In this document: positions 23,743 to 36,009 of the stretch, in pieces
How the letters are laid out: each line of letters begins with the position of its first letter
How positions within the stretch are numbered: position 1 is the stretch's first letter
DNA from: Octopus vulgaris
Lineage: Eukaryota
Reading direction: 5' to 3'
Assembly: GCA_951406725.2 (NCBI GenBank)
Contig: OX597834.1
Span: 3,906,001-3,970,000 of the forward strand
DNA: 64,000 nt
Translations under genes and position numbers: made by a program
Notes under the pieces: model-generated
What the model saw: the letters and a program-made list of their open reading frames with translations, nothing else
The model's database searches: none
What the model was told of the DNA's origin: nothing

Positions 23743-23765
23743 CTGGGTCCAGCTGCTGACCAGCT
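23743..23765 (-). CDS. Candidate 23-nt microexon (E)LVSSWTQ
   Basis: T-rich tract then gaAG|AGCTGGTCAGCAGCTGGACCCAG|GTGAAG; converts phase 1 (donor 47642) to phase 0 (acceptor 19074) without a stop. Confidence 0.4.
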
Positions 23766-25319
23766 CTTCAATAAAAAAAAAAAAAGCAATAAAACACCTA
23801 AAAAGGAATTGCTGGTGTTGTTGGTGTTCCTGCTGTTCCTCCTGTTGTTGTTGTTACTGCATACTAGAAGTGGCCACACACGAGTCAAAAGCACTCACAA
23901 TGTCATGCATCAGAGACGACAATCAGAATCTTTCATATCGGTTCAAGAATAAATATCATAGTCTTTTCAGAGAGAGAGGGGGGGGGATAATGTCTTGGAT
24001 GTTTGAACCATCAGAGTAACACAAATGGAAGAGTAGTAACGGTGGTAGAAAAGTACACATGACTTAATTAAAACAGACTTTTCATTCAACCTGTCTCCTA
24101 GCAACGACCCTACCTAGCAGGTAATTTCCTCGTAATTTCAACATATTTCAACACCAAAATCAAAGGAAACTAATAAACAAATAAGGCTCACTTTCAAAGA
24201 ACCCCCACCCCACCCCAAAAGAACCGCCCCCCAGATCCAAAGACAGCAACACTGTAACATATGGAGTGTCAGGCAGAGAGTAGTAATGGTGCTTTGGGTT
24301 GGTGGATATGATTAGCCGGGGAGAATGAGGAGAGTACAAAAGAAGTTTCTAATAACGGTTTCGAAATTTATTGGTTGAACTGAGGAGTGTCTAGTTTGCT
24401 ATGTAACACGAAGAAACCAACCCGTCACAGAAAAAAGCCCTACAGTCATTAGTATTGTTGTTACCCTGTAAATCTGAAAAACCTAAACAACCCTATTTCC
24501 AATAATACATTAAAATGATCCATTGACTCTGACGACTCCCATCTCCTTGCAACACAATTTGTCTTTTCAAAAATACCAAGTTTAAAAAAGCCAAAAAATC
24601 AAAGATGGTGTATATTAAGCCCATTGCATCACACCACTAAACTACTCCATCTAATCCACAATATAATCCTCTAAGCGGCTTATCAGGGTATTAAATACGC
24701 ATACAAAACCCAACAGGCAATTGCAAAATCTAAATGGACCAATGTTAAATTCATTAATAAAAAAAGGCTGCATGAATAAATTTCAGCAATTGTGTGTATA
24801 TACTTAACTATATATTTGAAAATAATATGATTCAAAATGAAAATAAATTACACATCTGCCGATCAATGTTTTATTTTGAATTACAAAGAAATCCCAATAG
24901 TTTCCATACAGGTGTATCCCAATTCCCATACCGGATAATAATACAAATGTTACACCATTTGATATTAATATGATTTCTGTAAAAACATCATATACATAGA
25001 AATTTTCACTCCACACTCTGTACATTAATGACCTACTTCTCACAAAACACGTTGATACATAGATGACACAGGCATCTTCCATATGCGGTCAAGCCACCTC
25101 TGAGACAGTGCTGCATCCCTATATACAAACATCCAAAAGAAAACCCATCAAATTCACTGGCTCCATACATCAGGGCACTGCAATCGTTAGCTCATGGACA
25201 TTGTGTCTTCTTTTTCCGATTACATGATTGCTACTACAATATCCTCTACTCCTTTGCATTAGCTAGTTGCACATATCTTGTGACACACTCATATCTTCTC
25301 TCTTCACTCCTACCAAGTC

Positions 25320-25348
25320 TTATATCCTTGACCTTGAACTAATCTGAC
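25320..25348 (-). CDS. Candidate alternative terminal exon (G)QISSRSRI*
   Basis: ttactgttttgtgccAG|GTCAGATT..; followed on minus by ~1.5 kb of repeat-free UTR-like sequence. Confidence 0.35.
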
Positions 25349-26503
25349 CTGGCACAAAACAGTAACAATGAGATTCAGGCCTAGAATTAATATTAAACAG
25401 CAAACATTGTGTTTGTTTTAAATCTAAATAGTAGCCATTTATAGTGAATTTCATGAACTGAGAATTATTTACTTTTTATATTTAATAATTGATATAATTT
25501 TAGTCTGGGGAAGCACAGCTTACTTTGCCTACTCAGAAAACAAGCCTACTTTATACAACATATGGAGTTCCCTTTTCTTCCAATTGTAGAGTCAAAAGTA
25601 CTTTTAAAGAACATAAAACTTAATATTTTAACAAAACCAATCTATTGTGTTTATCAACTCTGCTATAACAGAATCAGAAATTGTTAGTAAAAAGATTTAT
25701 AAGTGTGATAATCTTCTTAATCTTTATAGGTCAACATTTTTGTTGTAAATTGGCTCAAAAGTATTTGTTTATCATTAAATTTTTACTCCAAAATAATGAG
25801 ATTTTACAGGAAATTATACAATAGCTAGTATATTTGATAGCAAAATTAGTATTACTAGTAGGACCTGTGTAAATTCCACAGGATGATTTGCATTTTTCTA
25901 GCATTCATAGTTTAGCTTTCTTTAAATATTCTTGATGTTTGTCTACATCCATTTCGTCACGATTCCATCAGTGTTGTCTTTTGTTTCTCTTTTTATTATC
26001 ATTATGTCTTCTCATCTGTTCCGTGCTCTACCTCTGGGCATCCTTTCTTGGGCAGCTTGCAACTGTATTTCTTGTGAATCCAGAGTTTAGGCTAAATTAA
26101 CCCTTACAAGCAAATGCCAATTTTTTAAGCAAGCAGATGATAAATAAATTGCACTAATGCATGCATATGCAATGATCACTATAGAAAAAAAAAATTAGTT
26201 CAGTACAAAACATACATTCCAATATCAACACAACCACCACCACCACCACCTCTCTCAATATAACCACCTCACCTGTCCACCTCTCTCTTTCCCTTCAGCT
26301 AACTTTTTAATGACGTAACAAGTATTCCTTCCCCCACCCCCACCCACTCTTTTTCCTCGTCTTTTTCTCTTGTTCTTCATCTCCTACCTTTAGGCTGACC
26401 ATGTGACCATTTGGCCTAAGCGTATTAATATTAATCCCCTTCCTCCACTTCTTCCTTTACTCCTCCTCTCCAACTAACGAATGCATAATGAGTGAACGAA
26501 CAA

Positions 26504-26550
26504 GCAGATTATCATATGCAGATTATCATATGCAGATTATCATATGCAGA
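26504..26550. repeat. 14-bp tandem repeat (gcagattatcatat) x3
   Basis: Direct inspection. Confidence 0.9.
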
Positions 26551-26857
26551 TGCTCGAGAGAACATCTACCCTAACGTTTCACAATAATTCCTGGGTAAAG
26601 GAAAATAATATAGTGAAGCTTGATATGACTATGAGTTGCAAGGGAGTCAGCAACAAACATCTAAGGGTTTTTAATCCCACCTTAACTTCACATTAAATTC
26701 TGTTTCCCGTACGATAGCTTGTGCTCTGGTGGTAAGGTTTTAATCGAACAAAATTTGAATAGCAAACAGATTTAGAGTTTCAAAGAAAAAAGTTATTATA
26801 CAAGAAAGAGTTACAATAACACCCATAGACAAAAAAAATATATATAGAACATGAAAG

Positions 26858-27027
26858 GCTTAGGAGTGGCTGTGTGGTAAGTAGCTTGTTTACCAACCAC
26901 ATGGTTCCGGGTTCAGTCCCACTGCGTGGCATCTTGGGCAAGTGTCTTCTACTATAGCCTCGGGCCGACCAAAGCCTTGTGAGTGGATTTGGTAGACGAA
27001 AACTGAAAGAAGCCCGTCATATATATG

Positions 27028-27058
<31 letters not shown>

Positions 27059-27270
27059 TTGTGTGTCTGTGTTTGTCCCCTTAGCATTGCTTGACAACTG
27101 ATGCTGGTGTGTCTATGTCCCCGTTACTTAGCGGTTCGGCAAAAGAGACCGATAGAATAAGTACTGAGCTTACAAAAGAATAAGTCCCAGTGTCGAGTTG
27201 CTCGATTAAAGGTGGTGCTCCAGCATGGCCGCAGTCAAATGACTGAAACAAGCAAAAGAGTAAAAGAGAG
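26858..27270 (+). mobile_element. SINE family A, full length
   Basis: Matches 19581-19980. Confidence 0.9.
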
Positions 27271-27399
27271 AATATGGTACAGTTCTGTTTATAAACCTGA
27301 TGTTCATTCTAGAATTATGAAACATTTTTTAAAAACTTCTATCCAATCCTTTTTCTTGTGAATGCATATTCAAAAGTAATTTTAATAGTAATACCATTA

Positions 27400-27800
27400 A
27401 AATTAACTATTCTACTACAAAGAATTTTCCAGCATCATTGTTTAACATCAACAACAAGAAACACAACTCTAATGACCATAAATCCCAGACAAATGTGTAA
27501 TATGTCTATTTGATGGTAAATCTATAGATGAGCCATGGTGACAATCACCATAGTTCAGTTGTTAAAGAACGCATGGGTCTTGCAGTAAATCCATTCAAAT
27601 TATGGTTCAGTCAACACATCTTTGGCAAAGCAAGCAATTGGATTTTAACCTTACATGCAATATTCTGAACTGATCTGAATAGCAAAAATGAACCTGTAGC
27701 ATTTGCAAAATATACATCCTGGAAAAAGTGCTATCCTCTTCCATATTAAGAATATTCTCAACGGGAATTCTGAATTTCTTTCTGCCACCACAAATCTAAG
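27400..27800 (+). mobile_element. Heavily decayed Penelope-like GIY-YIG fragment
   Basis: Fragments resembling NPDKC..FDGK, MGLAVNPFK..FSQH, EKSAIL..ILNGNSEFLS; many disruptions. Confidence 0.4.
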
Positions 27801-29074
27801 CAATTTCAAATATCTTATACAAACTGATATTCAGTTAACCAAAGTATTATCTCATATTCTCCTTTTATCATAATTTTACATTGCTTCTGGACAAAATATA
27901 TTCATAGTTTGTGAGTAATCTTCAAATCTGAATACTGTCATGAAGCCCGGTCTCAGGACCAGAACGACTGGAGACCAGGGTCTAGAAACCCCGCACAACT
28001 GGGCTCCATGCCCTATTTCCTCCTATGATATCCCCATTACCCTTCATCTTTCTGTTTTTCTTTGATAACACTAATCGCTCTCATTACTGGGAACCATTCC
28101 ACTTGATACCCATCCTTCATCCTTAATACTATCCCCTCCACCCTGATCCCCCTGTGCCACCAATCACCTCACCCCCCCATGCTATATGCCAGCCTCTCTT
28201 CCCCAACTCAAGCAAACTACTCAACCACTCATCATCTCTTGTTTTTACCCTGTCTAATGTAGCATCCTTACTATTCTGCTACTCTTCAAACCATCCACAA
28301 CATCCTCCACCCAACCCTACCCAATCTCTACAGTTGTCACCTACTCTTCCCTGGCTCACCAACTTATCATCCACTCAACCCATGTTCTTCATTCATTCTC
28401 TTCTTACTCACTGCCCATCTCTCACTCTCACTCACACTCATGCCACTCAACCATTCCACACAGCTGGTTCTTTTACTCTCATTTACTTTCACTCACCTCA
28501 TACCATGCTACCCCACAACAGACACTTCATCCATCTCATCACTGCTATTTTTATCTCTTACCTGCTTCACTCCGATTGCTTCTCCCTCACCTTCTCCTCC
28601 AAAATCTGAGTACCCATGTGGCCCCTTCATAGCAAGAAACCTTGTTCTGCTCTGACCCCTTCTCTCAAACTTTAACCCCTTCATTAAGTTGCACTAGAGC
28701 TGGTGTCACAAAAAAACCCCCCGAAACCCCCAGAACATACTGTAAAGTGGTTGGTATTAGGGAGGGAACCAGCCGTAGAGACCATGCCTAAGCAAACAGT
28801 GGAGCACGATGCGGTCCTTGTATCCCCTCTGCTTCCTAACAATTCCACTAATCCAAAATCCTGGATTAGAAGTATTTTTTTAAAAATTAATTTCGAAAGA
28901 ATAGAAAGCAGAGTTGACCATGGAAGAACCTGAGCTAAAAGACTTGATGCAAACACTTCAAGACATTCTAATAAAACACTCAAACAACTTTGTTGTTGTT
29001 GTTGTTGTTAATTTAAGAATCAGCTTGCTCATGCTGTTTGCTTGTTTGTTGAGCGAAGTGGTCTTCGTCCTTTG

Positions 29075-29400
29075 GGAGAAGTCCGAAACGTGGTCCTTTG
29101 CTATTCGTAAGACCCGCAGAAGAGAAAGCAGGTCAACCCCCGACACCGAGAGCATCGACGGATGGATGAATGCGCATCCAGGCTCAGCGGTTGCGTAGGA
29201 AGTCGGGGACAAGAAACAAGAAGAAAGAGTGAGAGAAAGTTGGGGCGAAAGAGTACAACAGGGGTCGCCGCCACCCCCTGCTGGAGCCTTGTGGGGCTTT
29301 ATTTGCTCAATAAACACACACAATGCCTGGTCTGGGAATCGAAACCACGATCCTCCGACCGCGAGTCCGCTGCCCTAACCACTTGGCCATTGTGCCTTCA
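29075..29400 (-). mobile_element. SINE family D variant, full length
   Basis: Same tRNA-like head as the 22888 copy but a different 3' segment, shared with 14410-14640. Confidence 0.8.
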
Positions 29401-30452
29401 CTTTGCTTTTGATGTTGCTCTTGTTGGACATGTAGTGATAACTTATAGATAAAAATAAGGCTGGCCCCAATCGATGCCTAACCAACTTTCCAATATAGAA
29501 AGCTACAGTGTCGTTTCCTCACTTTCTGTTACTAAATATGGTGTTTGATAGCCAATTCATCAGGGAATCAATTTACGCATAATTGGGAGAATTTAGATAT
29601 GTAATGTCACAGGCTGAAAATATTTTGCACTGTTGTTCATATTTGTCCAAAACATAATCCAGATGGATTGAATGTTTCTGGAATTCTGATGATTAGCAAC
29701 AAATAAGAGATAACTAAAAATAGACACATAATTTTACAATGCTTGAGTTAGGGGAGCATTACTTTCAATTGAATCCTTCTGAATTGCTTATCATTTTATT
29801 CGGTGGTTAAAGATAAATCGTTTCATTTCTATCTGAAGTTAGGCCTATAATCAAATTGGTTGTCACAGATTTAAAATATTTTGTATTGTTGTATTACACA
29901 GGCAGTCATACACAAACATATACATTATATACACATACTATTGTATTGGCATCCTTTCTGTCTCGGGAGACAATGGAGTTGCGCATGTTTTTTTTTTGTT
30001 TTTTTTTTTGTAGTCTAGTCCGGCTTTTACATATCATGTCTGATACATTTCCTGCTGTGGCTGTGTAGTCCTATCCTGGACAAACACTCCCTCTGGCAGG
30101 TACCGCAAGTGTAGCGAAGACTTTGCCTGGCTGGTTGTAAGGGAGCATTACTTTTAATTGAATCATTCTGAATTGCTGATCATTTTATTCGGTGGCTAAA
30201 GATATATCATACGGCTAACATGCCCAAGCCATCTCATACGTCTTTGTGTGAGGAGTGATACACATACTATGCTTACTATATATACACAAACACATCCATG
30301 TATACACACACACACTTATATACAGACACGGTCTTTATATGTGCAGGTGCTTGCAAGTGGTTGTGTGTATTTTATATATACAGATACATACACATATTTG
30401 TATATTTATTTACTTAGCTCCAAATGTCTAAAGATCTGGGGGAAATGGTGGT

Positions 30453-30681
30453 TTAACCCTTTAGCATTTAAACCGGCTATATCCGGCCAAAAGTATTCTA
30501 CATGTTCTATGTTCAAACTGGCCAGATCTGATCTCTCACACCAATCCTACAATAATGTTTTAAAAATTAACAGCTACCTCATCGAAATCTCCTAGCTACA
30601 AGATAATGCATGATTAGTTTAAAACAATGTGGATGAAGAAGCATTAATTGTGGCAGAATTATGCGAACACTAAAGGGTTAA
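30453..30681. mobile_element. piggyBac-type MITE (TTAA target site)
   Basis: TTAA CCCTTTAG ... CTAAAGGG TTAA. Confidence 0.8.
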
Positions 30682-30789
30682 TTGAGTGATGCTATTAATA
30701 GTGGTACACCTGATAATGCGCAAATGCATCTGACTGCGAGCGACCAGCCCCCGCAAACCTCTATGGATGCTGGAAAGCGTCCCTCGGCT

Positions 30790-31130
30790 CCTTAGTCATC
30801 ATATGAAGATTGCAACTTCAAGGACAGCCACAGCCGATGTGGGCACAATGAAAGGGAAGCCTGGTGAAATTAGTTAAATGCTAGAAATGGAGGCATGTAG
30901 ATGTGTTGCATGCAAGAGGTAACATGGAGGCAGGGGGGCAGGGCTCAGCTAGACATTTTTTCAATGGTAAATAAAGTATAGGTAGATAAAGTGATCGAAG
31001 AAGTCAGTGTGTATTAACAGGGTAATTAAGCTGAGGCTAATCTTGGAAAATACAAAAGCAACTTTCGGTCTTTCCTTCTGCTAACTCAACCTGGACTGCC
31101 ATGTGGCTGGAAAGCAAACTTCTGAAACAC
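30790..31130 (+). mobile_element. RTE-clade LINE APE N-terminal fragment
   Basis: TADVGTMKGKPGEI..MLE..CCMQEVTWR resembles APE motifs I-II. Confidence 0.6.
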
Positions 31131-31147
31131 ACAGCTACACCTCTGCC

Positions 31148-31189
<42 letters not shown>

Positions 31190-31556
31190 TATATATATTA
31201 GGCTATAGTAATGGAAATCAAATTTACAAATTTTTTAGGGGTTACCAGATTCGAAGTTACTTAATGATTGTTATTCGCACATTATGGAAGGGAGAATTTT
31301 GTGAATCGACAGAAATCATTAACACAAACCAAACAAGCAACAAGTACAGTTCTCAATGAACTAATCTGTATTATTATTATTATTTACAAAATGAGGGACC
31401 ATATATGGTGCACATCCAAACTCTATGAATACTTTGAGAAGTAACAAACAACACTGTTGTAATAAGAATACAATTCAAAAACTATATCTATGGGGTATTT
31501 TGGCTATCACATTTACAGTCTCAAGTCTATATTAACATTTATTATGGAATTCTCCC

Positions 31557-31597
<41 letters not shown>

Positions 31598-31703
31598 ATT
31601 TAAAGCCAGAAAATTCAACAAAACCTCTCTCTTGCCATTCTCTCTGTCTGAACTCTCTCTCTCATATTACTCTACCACTGGTATTTGATATACCTTGTTT
31701 CAC

Positions 31704-31742
<39 letters not shown>

Positions 31743-32063
31743 TATACATACATACACATATATATGCAGGCAAGTGCATTAGGACCTATGTGCGTTTATT
31801 TACGCCTGCACTTGCTTCTATGGAAGTTGCACCCTACAATTAATGATGTTGTCAGTTTTCCTGTTAAGAAATCGTCCAATTGCCCTCCTTGCCTTTGAAA
31901 CAGTGTGGCATAAAAGACCCCTTATTTGAAATAGAGTTAAGGGGAAGAGATAAACAGAAGAGCAACTGACTGTGAAACAATGACTCAGTTAGTTTACACG
32001 TTCATCTAACCCCTAGCATTGGAAAAGGGACACAGAAATGAGGGGACAAATGAATGGTGTGTA

Positions 32064-32230
32064 CTGTGTGTGTGTGAATGTGTGTGTGTGTGTGAATGTG
32101 TGTGTGTGTGTGTGTGAATGTGTGTGTGAGTGTGTGTGTGAGTGTGTGTGTGTGTGTGTGTGTGAGTGTGTGTGTGAGTGTGTGTGTGTGAGTGTGTGTG
32201 TGAATGTGTGTGTGTATGAATGTGTGCAAG
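32064..32230. repeat. (TG)n/(TGAG) microsatellite
   Basis: Direct inspection. Confidence 0.95.
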
Positions 32231-32364
32231 TGTATCACCATCAGCAGCATCAATTTTATATTCATTTCTTCTATGCTTGAATGGGTCAGAATTTGTGGAG
32301 GCAGAGTCTTTCTTTCTTTCTTTCATTCTGCCTATCTATCCATCCATCTATCTATCTATCTATC

Positions 32365-33165
32365 TATCTTTTTTCTTTTTCCCCTTTTTTTCCTTTTTTT
32401 TCCTTTTCTTTTGTTTCTTTTCCTTTTTTTTTTCTTCTTTCCCTTTTACGATTCCTTTTGATTGAAAACCTACCCAACTTTTTTTTTTTTTTCCCCCAAA
32501 AAAGAAAAGCTCTACTTTGTAATCTGTCCCATCTGTGTGCAGCCCTGTGTGGCTAATAAAGAAACACGTCCATCCGTCCGTCCGTCTGTCCATCTCTCCA
32601 TCTATCTATCTATCTTTGAAATGGGAAGGAAGAGCCATTTTCATCATACTTGTGGCTATGGCGAAAGAATATGTATGGTGGACGCGTCTGAAAGGATTGG
32701 AGACAAACACTTTCCTCTCTGGTCAATCTCTCATCATCTTCTTCAAGTATCACTTGAATGGGAAAGTGAGAGTAGAGAGGGAAGTTTTGTCTAGCGAATG
32801 TTTAAAAAAAAGATGAGTAAATGGAGCAAGGATGGCACGTATGAATGACGGAGCCACCTTGAGCATAATCCTATGAACCCAAAAAAGACGGGAAAAAAGA
32901 GAGTCCTTTACTGTAATGTGTTTTTTGCATGACATTATTCCCCGGGGTTACCGTGGTCTTTTTCGTAGACTTTTCTTTCCACGGATAAACCTAATCTGTT
33001 TCCCATTTTACACTGACATTTCTGTGATACACCATCCCTATTGATTGGCTCCCACCCCTTTTTTTCCAAGATCCATTTTGATCGAAATTCTTCCCTTCCC
33101 AAAAAGAAAAGCTCTACTTTGTAATTTGTCCCCTCTGTGTTCAATAAAGAAACTTATCTATCTAT
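32365..33165 (+). mobile_element. Two tandem 3' ends of a Tx1/L1-like LINE inside (TATC)n
   Basis: ORF2-like C-terminus AIFIILVAMAKEYVWWTRLKGL..FFKYHL..VRVEREVLS; the tail aagaaaagctctactttgtaat.tgtccc..aataaagaaac occurs at ~32500 and ~33105; TATC/TCCG repeats at the junctions. Confidence 0.65.
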
Positions 33166-33179
33166 CTAATTAAATAAAT

Positions 33180-34330
33180 AACACGGGATCAATAAATTGT
33201 CAGCTGTTTCTGCTAGAAAATTCAATGCACAAAATTTGATACTTTTTTCTGGTATATTTTGACGGTTCATGATGCAAATGAAAGCTAAAATTTTGTCCTT
33301 TAACACAATGCCATTTTTACCCATGTCAACCAAATAAATGCAAACAGAAAAAAATTAAATCTTAAAATAGGACAAAAATGTACTCTTTTTAAAAGTTGAA
33401 AAATTTTACCCCCCTTTCCAAAATCCCCCAAATTTTTACACCCACAATTAAAGATAACCGCCTCTAGCCCCTGCAGCAACACGAAAAGCCACCATTATTC
33501 AAACAGCGCAACCTGTCTATCCCATAAAACTCAATTTTTCCCATATTCCTCACCATGGCAACCAAACAGTAGCCCTGAGTAACTTGCAACCCTCCTCACA
33601 CCATTGCCCACCCCATTTTACCCCCCAGTGTAAATTTTGGTGACAATCCAATCCCATCCCAAAATTAGACAAATAACCAAGAAATCAAACAACTTTTTTG
33701 CATTTCAGCTTTATAGATATTGATGGTGATTATATATATATATATATACACATATGTATATACACATTATATATATATATATTTATATACACACACATAT
33801 ATATATATATATATAAAATTAATACAATATATCTGATTAATAATATCTGTTATGATTGTGCGGTGGAGGTGGGTGGTAATAATTCACCATTCTAAAAGAC
33901 CTGTGGTGGGAATATTTAAACTTTTGTGGCTGTCAACGCTTTCCCTCAATAGATACAGACAGACGTACAGTGAGAGAGGTGGTGGGAGAAAGAGTGACAG
34001 AGAGATGGTGAAGGCGGAGAGGGAATGAGAGTGGAAGGTGTCAAACGTAGTTATAGAGAGAAATTGCAGGGAAAGGAGGAAAGAGAGAGATCGAGGAAGA
34101 CAGGGTGATATCCGAAAGAGAGAAATAACAAACACTTGTCAAAGTCGGCGTTTTGTTGCTCTAGTAACCACAGCTTTTGAAATATGGGTTTCTAACCTAG
34201 TCCAGTTGCTTCCTCGCCTCTTTTTACATGGCCCTGTAAATTATGGCGCCAATCCGACCCCATCTACTGCCCTTTAAACTGTCCCAAATGAGACAAACAA
34301 CTTTTTCGCATTTCAGCTTTATAGATATTG
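33180..34330 (-). mobile_element. Two Helitron/Helentron-like non-autonomous fragments
   Basis: Shared end aacaacttttt.gcatttcagctttatagatattg at ~33690-33722 and ~34295-34330. Confidence 0.45.
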
Positions 34331-34929
34331 GTAAAAGCTGAGTTTACTTGTTGCATGGAAGTCAATGAATAAACAGGTTTCATATGATGGAAGTCCATAT
34401 TAGGACAAGATTTTATGGAGAGCACATCACTCCACTAGCGTGAGAGATAGGTGTCTGTTGTTTGAAACCTTATTTCAGTCACATGTGACTAAGCCTGATC
34501 TAGTCAAAGACTACCACAGAGGAATTTGGAAATATGCTTGAGGCTCTTAAAAATGGATAGCATCAACTGTTAGCAACAATCTACAACTCTTGTGTGTTTA
34601 TTACTTTACCAAGAGAGGGAGATTCACATTTGTAACTTCCAGAGTCATCTCCTGTGAGGGTCACTGAAATAGTTAGTATTAGAGAGGTCCCCACATTTTC
34701 ACACCTACACATACATACATACACACATCCAGACCACCAGCTCTCTTTTACATGCACATACATACTCTCTTATACACACACACACCTTCGTGTTGGGGGT
34801 CATCTTTACTTTGTTATCTCCCCTACTTCTTTGCTCTCTTGTGTGACCCTTCTGCCTGGCAGTCAGTCGCCATGATAGATCGTTAGCAATACACACATTT
34901 TTTTTTCTCTCCTTGTTTTTTCTGTGTCC

Positions 34930-34965
34930 CTTTCTGTAGAAGAGCGTAGGCTCGAAACGTAAAAG
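34930..34965 (+). ncRNA. Minimal hammerhead variant (CUGUAGA core) in a ~175-bp element (34870-35045)
   Basis: CUUU CUGUAGA A GAGC guag GCUC GAAA CG UA^ AAAG. Confidence 0.6.
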
Positions 34966-35214
34966 ACTTTTTCTATTCCTGAGCGTTATACTAATACATC
35001 TGTTTCTTTTGTACACCACCTGTTTTTGTCGTAAACTCTCCATATATCTAACCAAAACTGGAGAGAGAGAGAGAGAGAATGAGGAGGAAGAGGGGAGAGA
35101 GAAGAAAGAAGTGATTCCATACTGAAAAGTGATATTCAATCAAGATGAGTTTAGCCAGAGTGACGAGCAAGAATCAAAGTACATTTCTCCAAAGTACAAC
35201 AAAGAAAAAGGGTA

Positions 35215-35675
35215 TTTAACCGACCCCTGAGAGGATGAAAGGCAAAGTCGACCTTGGCAGAATTTGAACTCAGAACATAATGGCAGACGAAATACTTATT
35301 TTTTTACTACCCACAGAGAAGACAAACAAGGACATACGGATTAAGTTGATTATATCGACCTCAGTGCATAACTGGTACTTATTTAATTGACCCTGAGAGG
35401 ATGAAAGGCAAAGTCGACCTCGGTGGAATTAGAACGTAACAACAGACAAAATACCTATTTCTTTACTACCCACAAGGGGTTAAACACAGAGAGGACAAAC
35501 AAATGGATTAAGTCGATTATATCTACCTCAGTGCATAACTGGTACTTATTCAATCAACCCTGAGAGGATGAAAGGCAAAGTCGACCTCGGCAGAATTTGA
35601 ACTCAGAATGTAGCGGCAGACGAAATACTGCTAAGCATTTCGCCCAGCGTGCTGGCGTTTCTGCCAGCTCGCCAC
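35215..35675 (-). mobile_element. SINE family B, head-to-tail trimer
   Basis: Three consecutive bodies (the last truncated), single head at ~35675. Confidence 0.85.
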
Positions 35676-35931
35676 CATAACATAAGTAATACCACTAGCA
35701 GCACAACATTACTCCTAAGTTTTGGACCGTGATTAGATTCTTTCCTTATTATGTCTGTTACTTAAATCTATGAATCATTTCAAGTGATCTGTCTCACATA
35801 CTCCTGCATATTCCAATCTTTACCTCAAGAATAAGGTATGAGGCTATGCAGGAAAATGGATCGTAAAACGAGACAACGATATGGGGGAATGTAGTGTAGG
35901 GTGGGACAGAATGGCAATGGAATCCTCGCAT

Positions 35932-35968
<37 letters not shown>

Positions 35969-35974
35969 TCACTT

Positions 35975-36009
35975 CTACATAGTACTGCAGTAGGCATGTC
36001 TCACAACAC
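35975..36009 (-). CDS. Candidate alternative terminal exon (G)VVRHAYCSTM* with CaaX motif
   Basis: Long pyrimidine tract (~36015-36080 on minus) ending cttcctcctgaacAG|GT GTT GTG AGA CAT GCC TAC TGC AGT ACT ATG TAG; phase 1 matches donor 47642. Confidence 0.5.

Noticed and set aside
26504-26550. CRISPR-like array
   Set aside because: Perfect 14-bp tandem with no spacers, in eukaryotic DNA; the SINE multimers are not CRISPR either.
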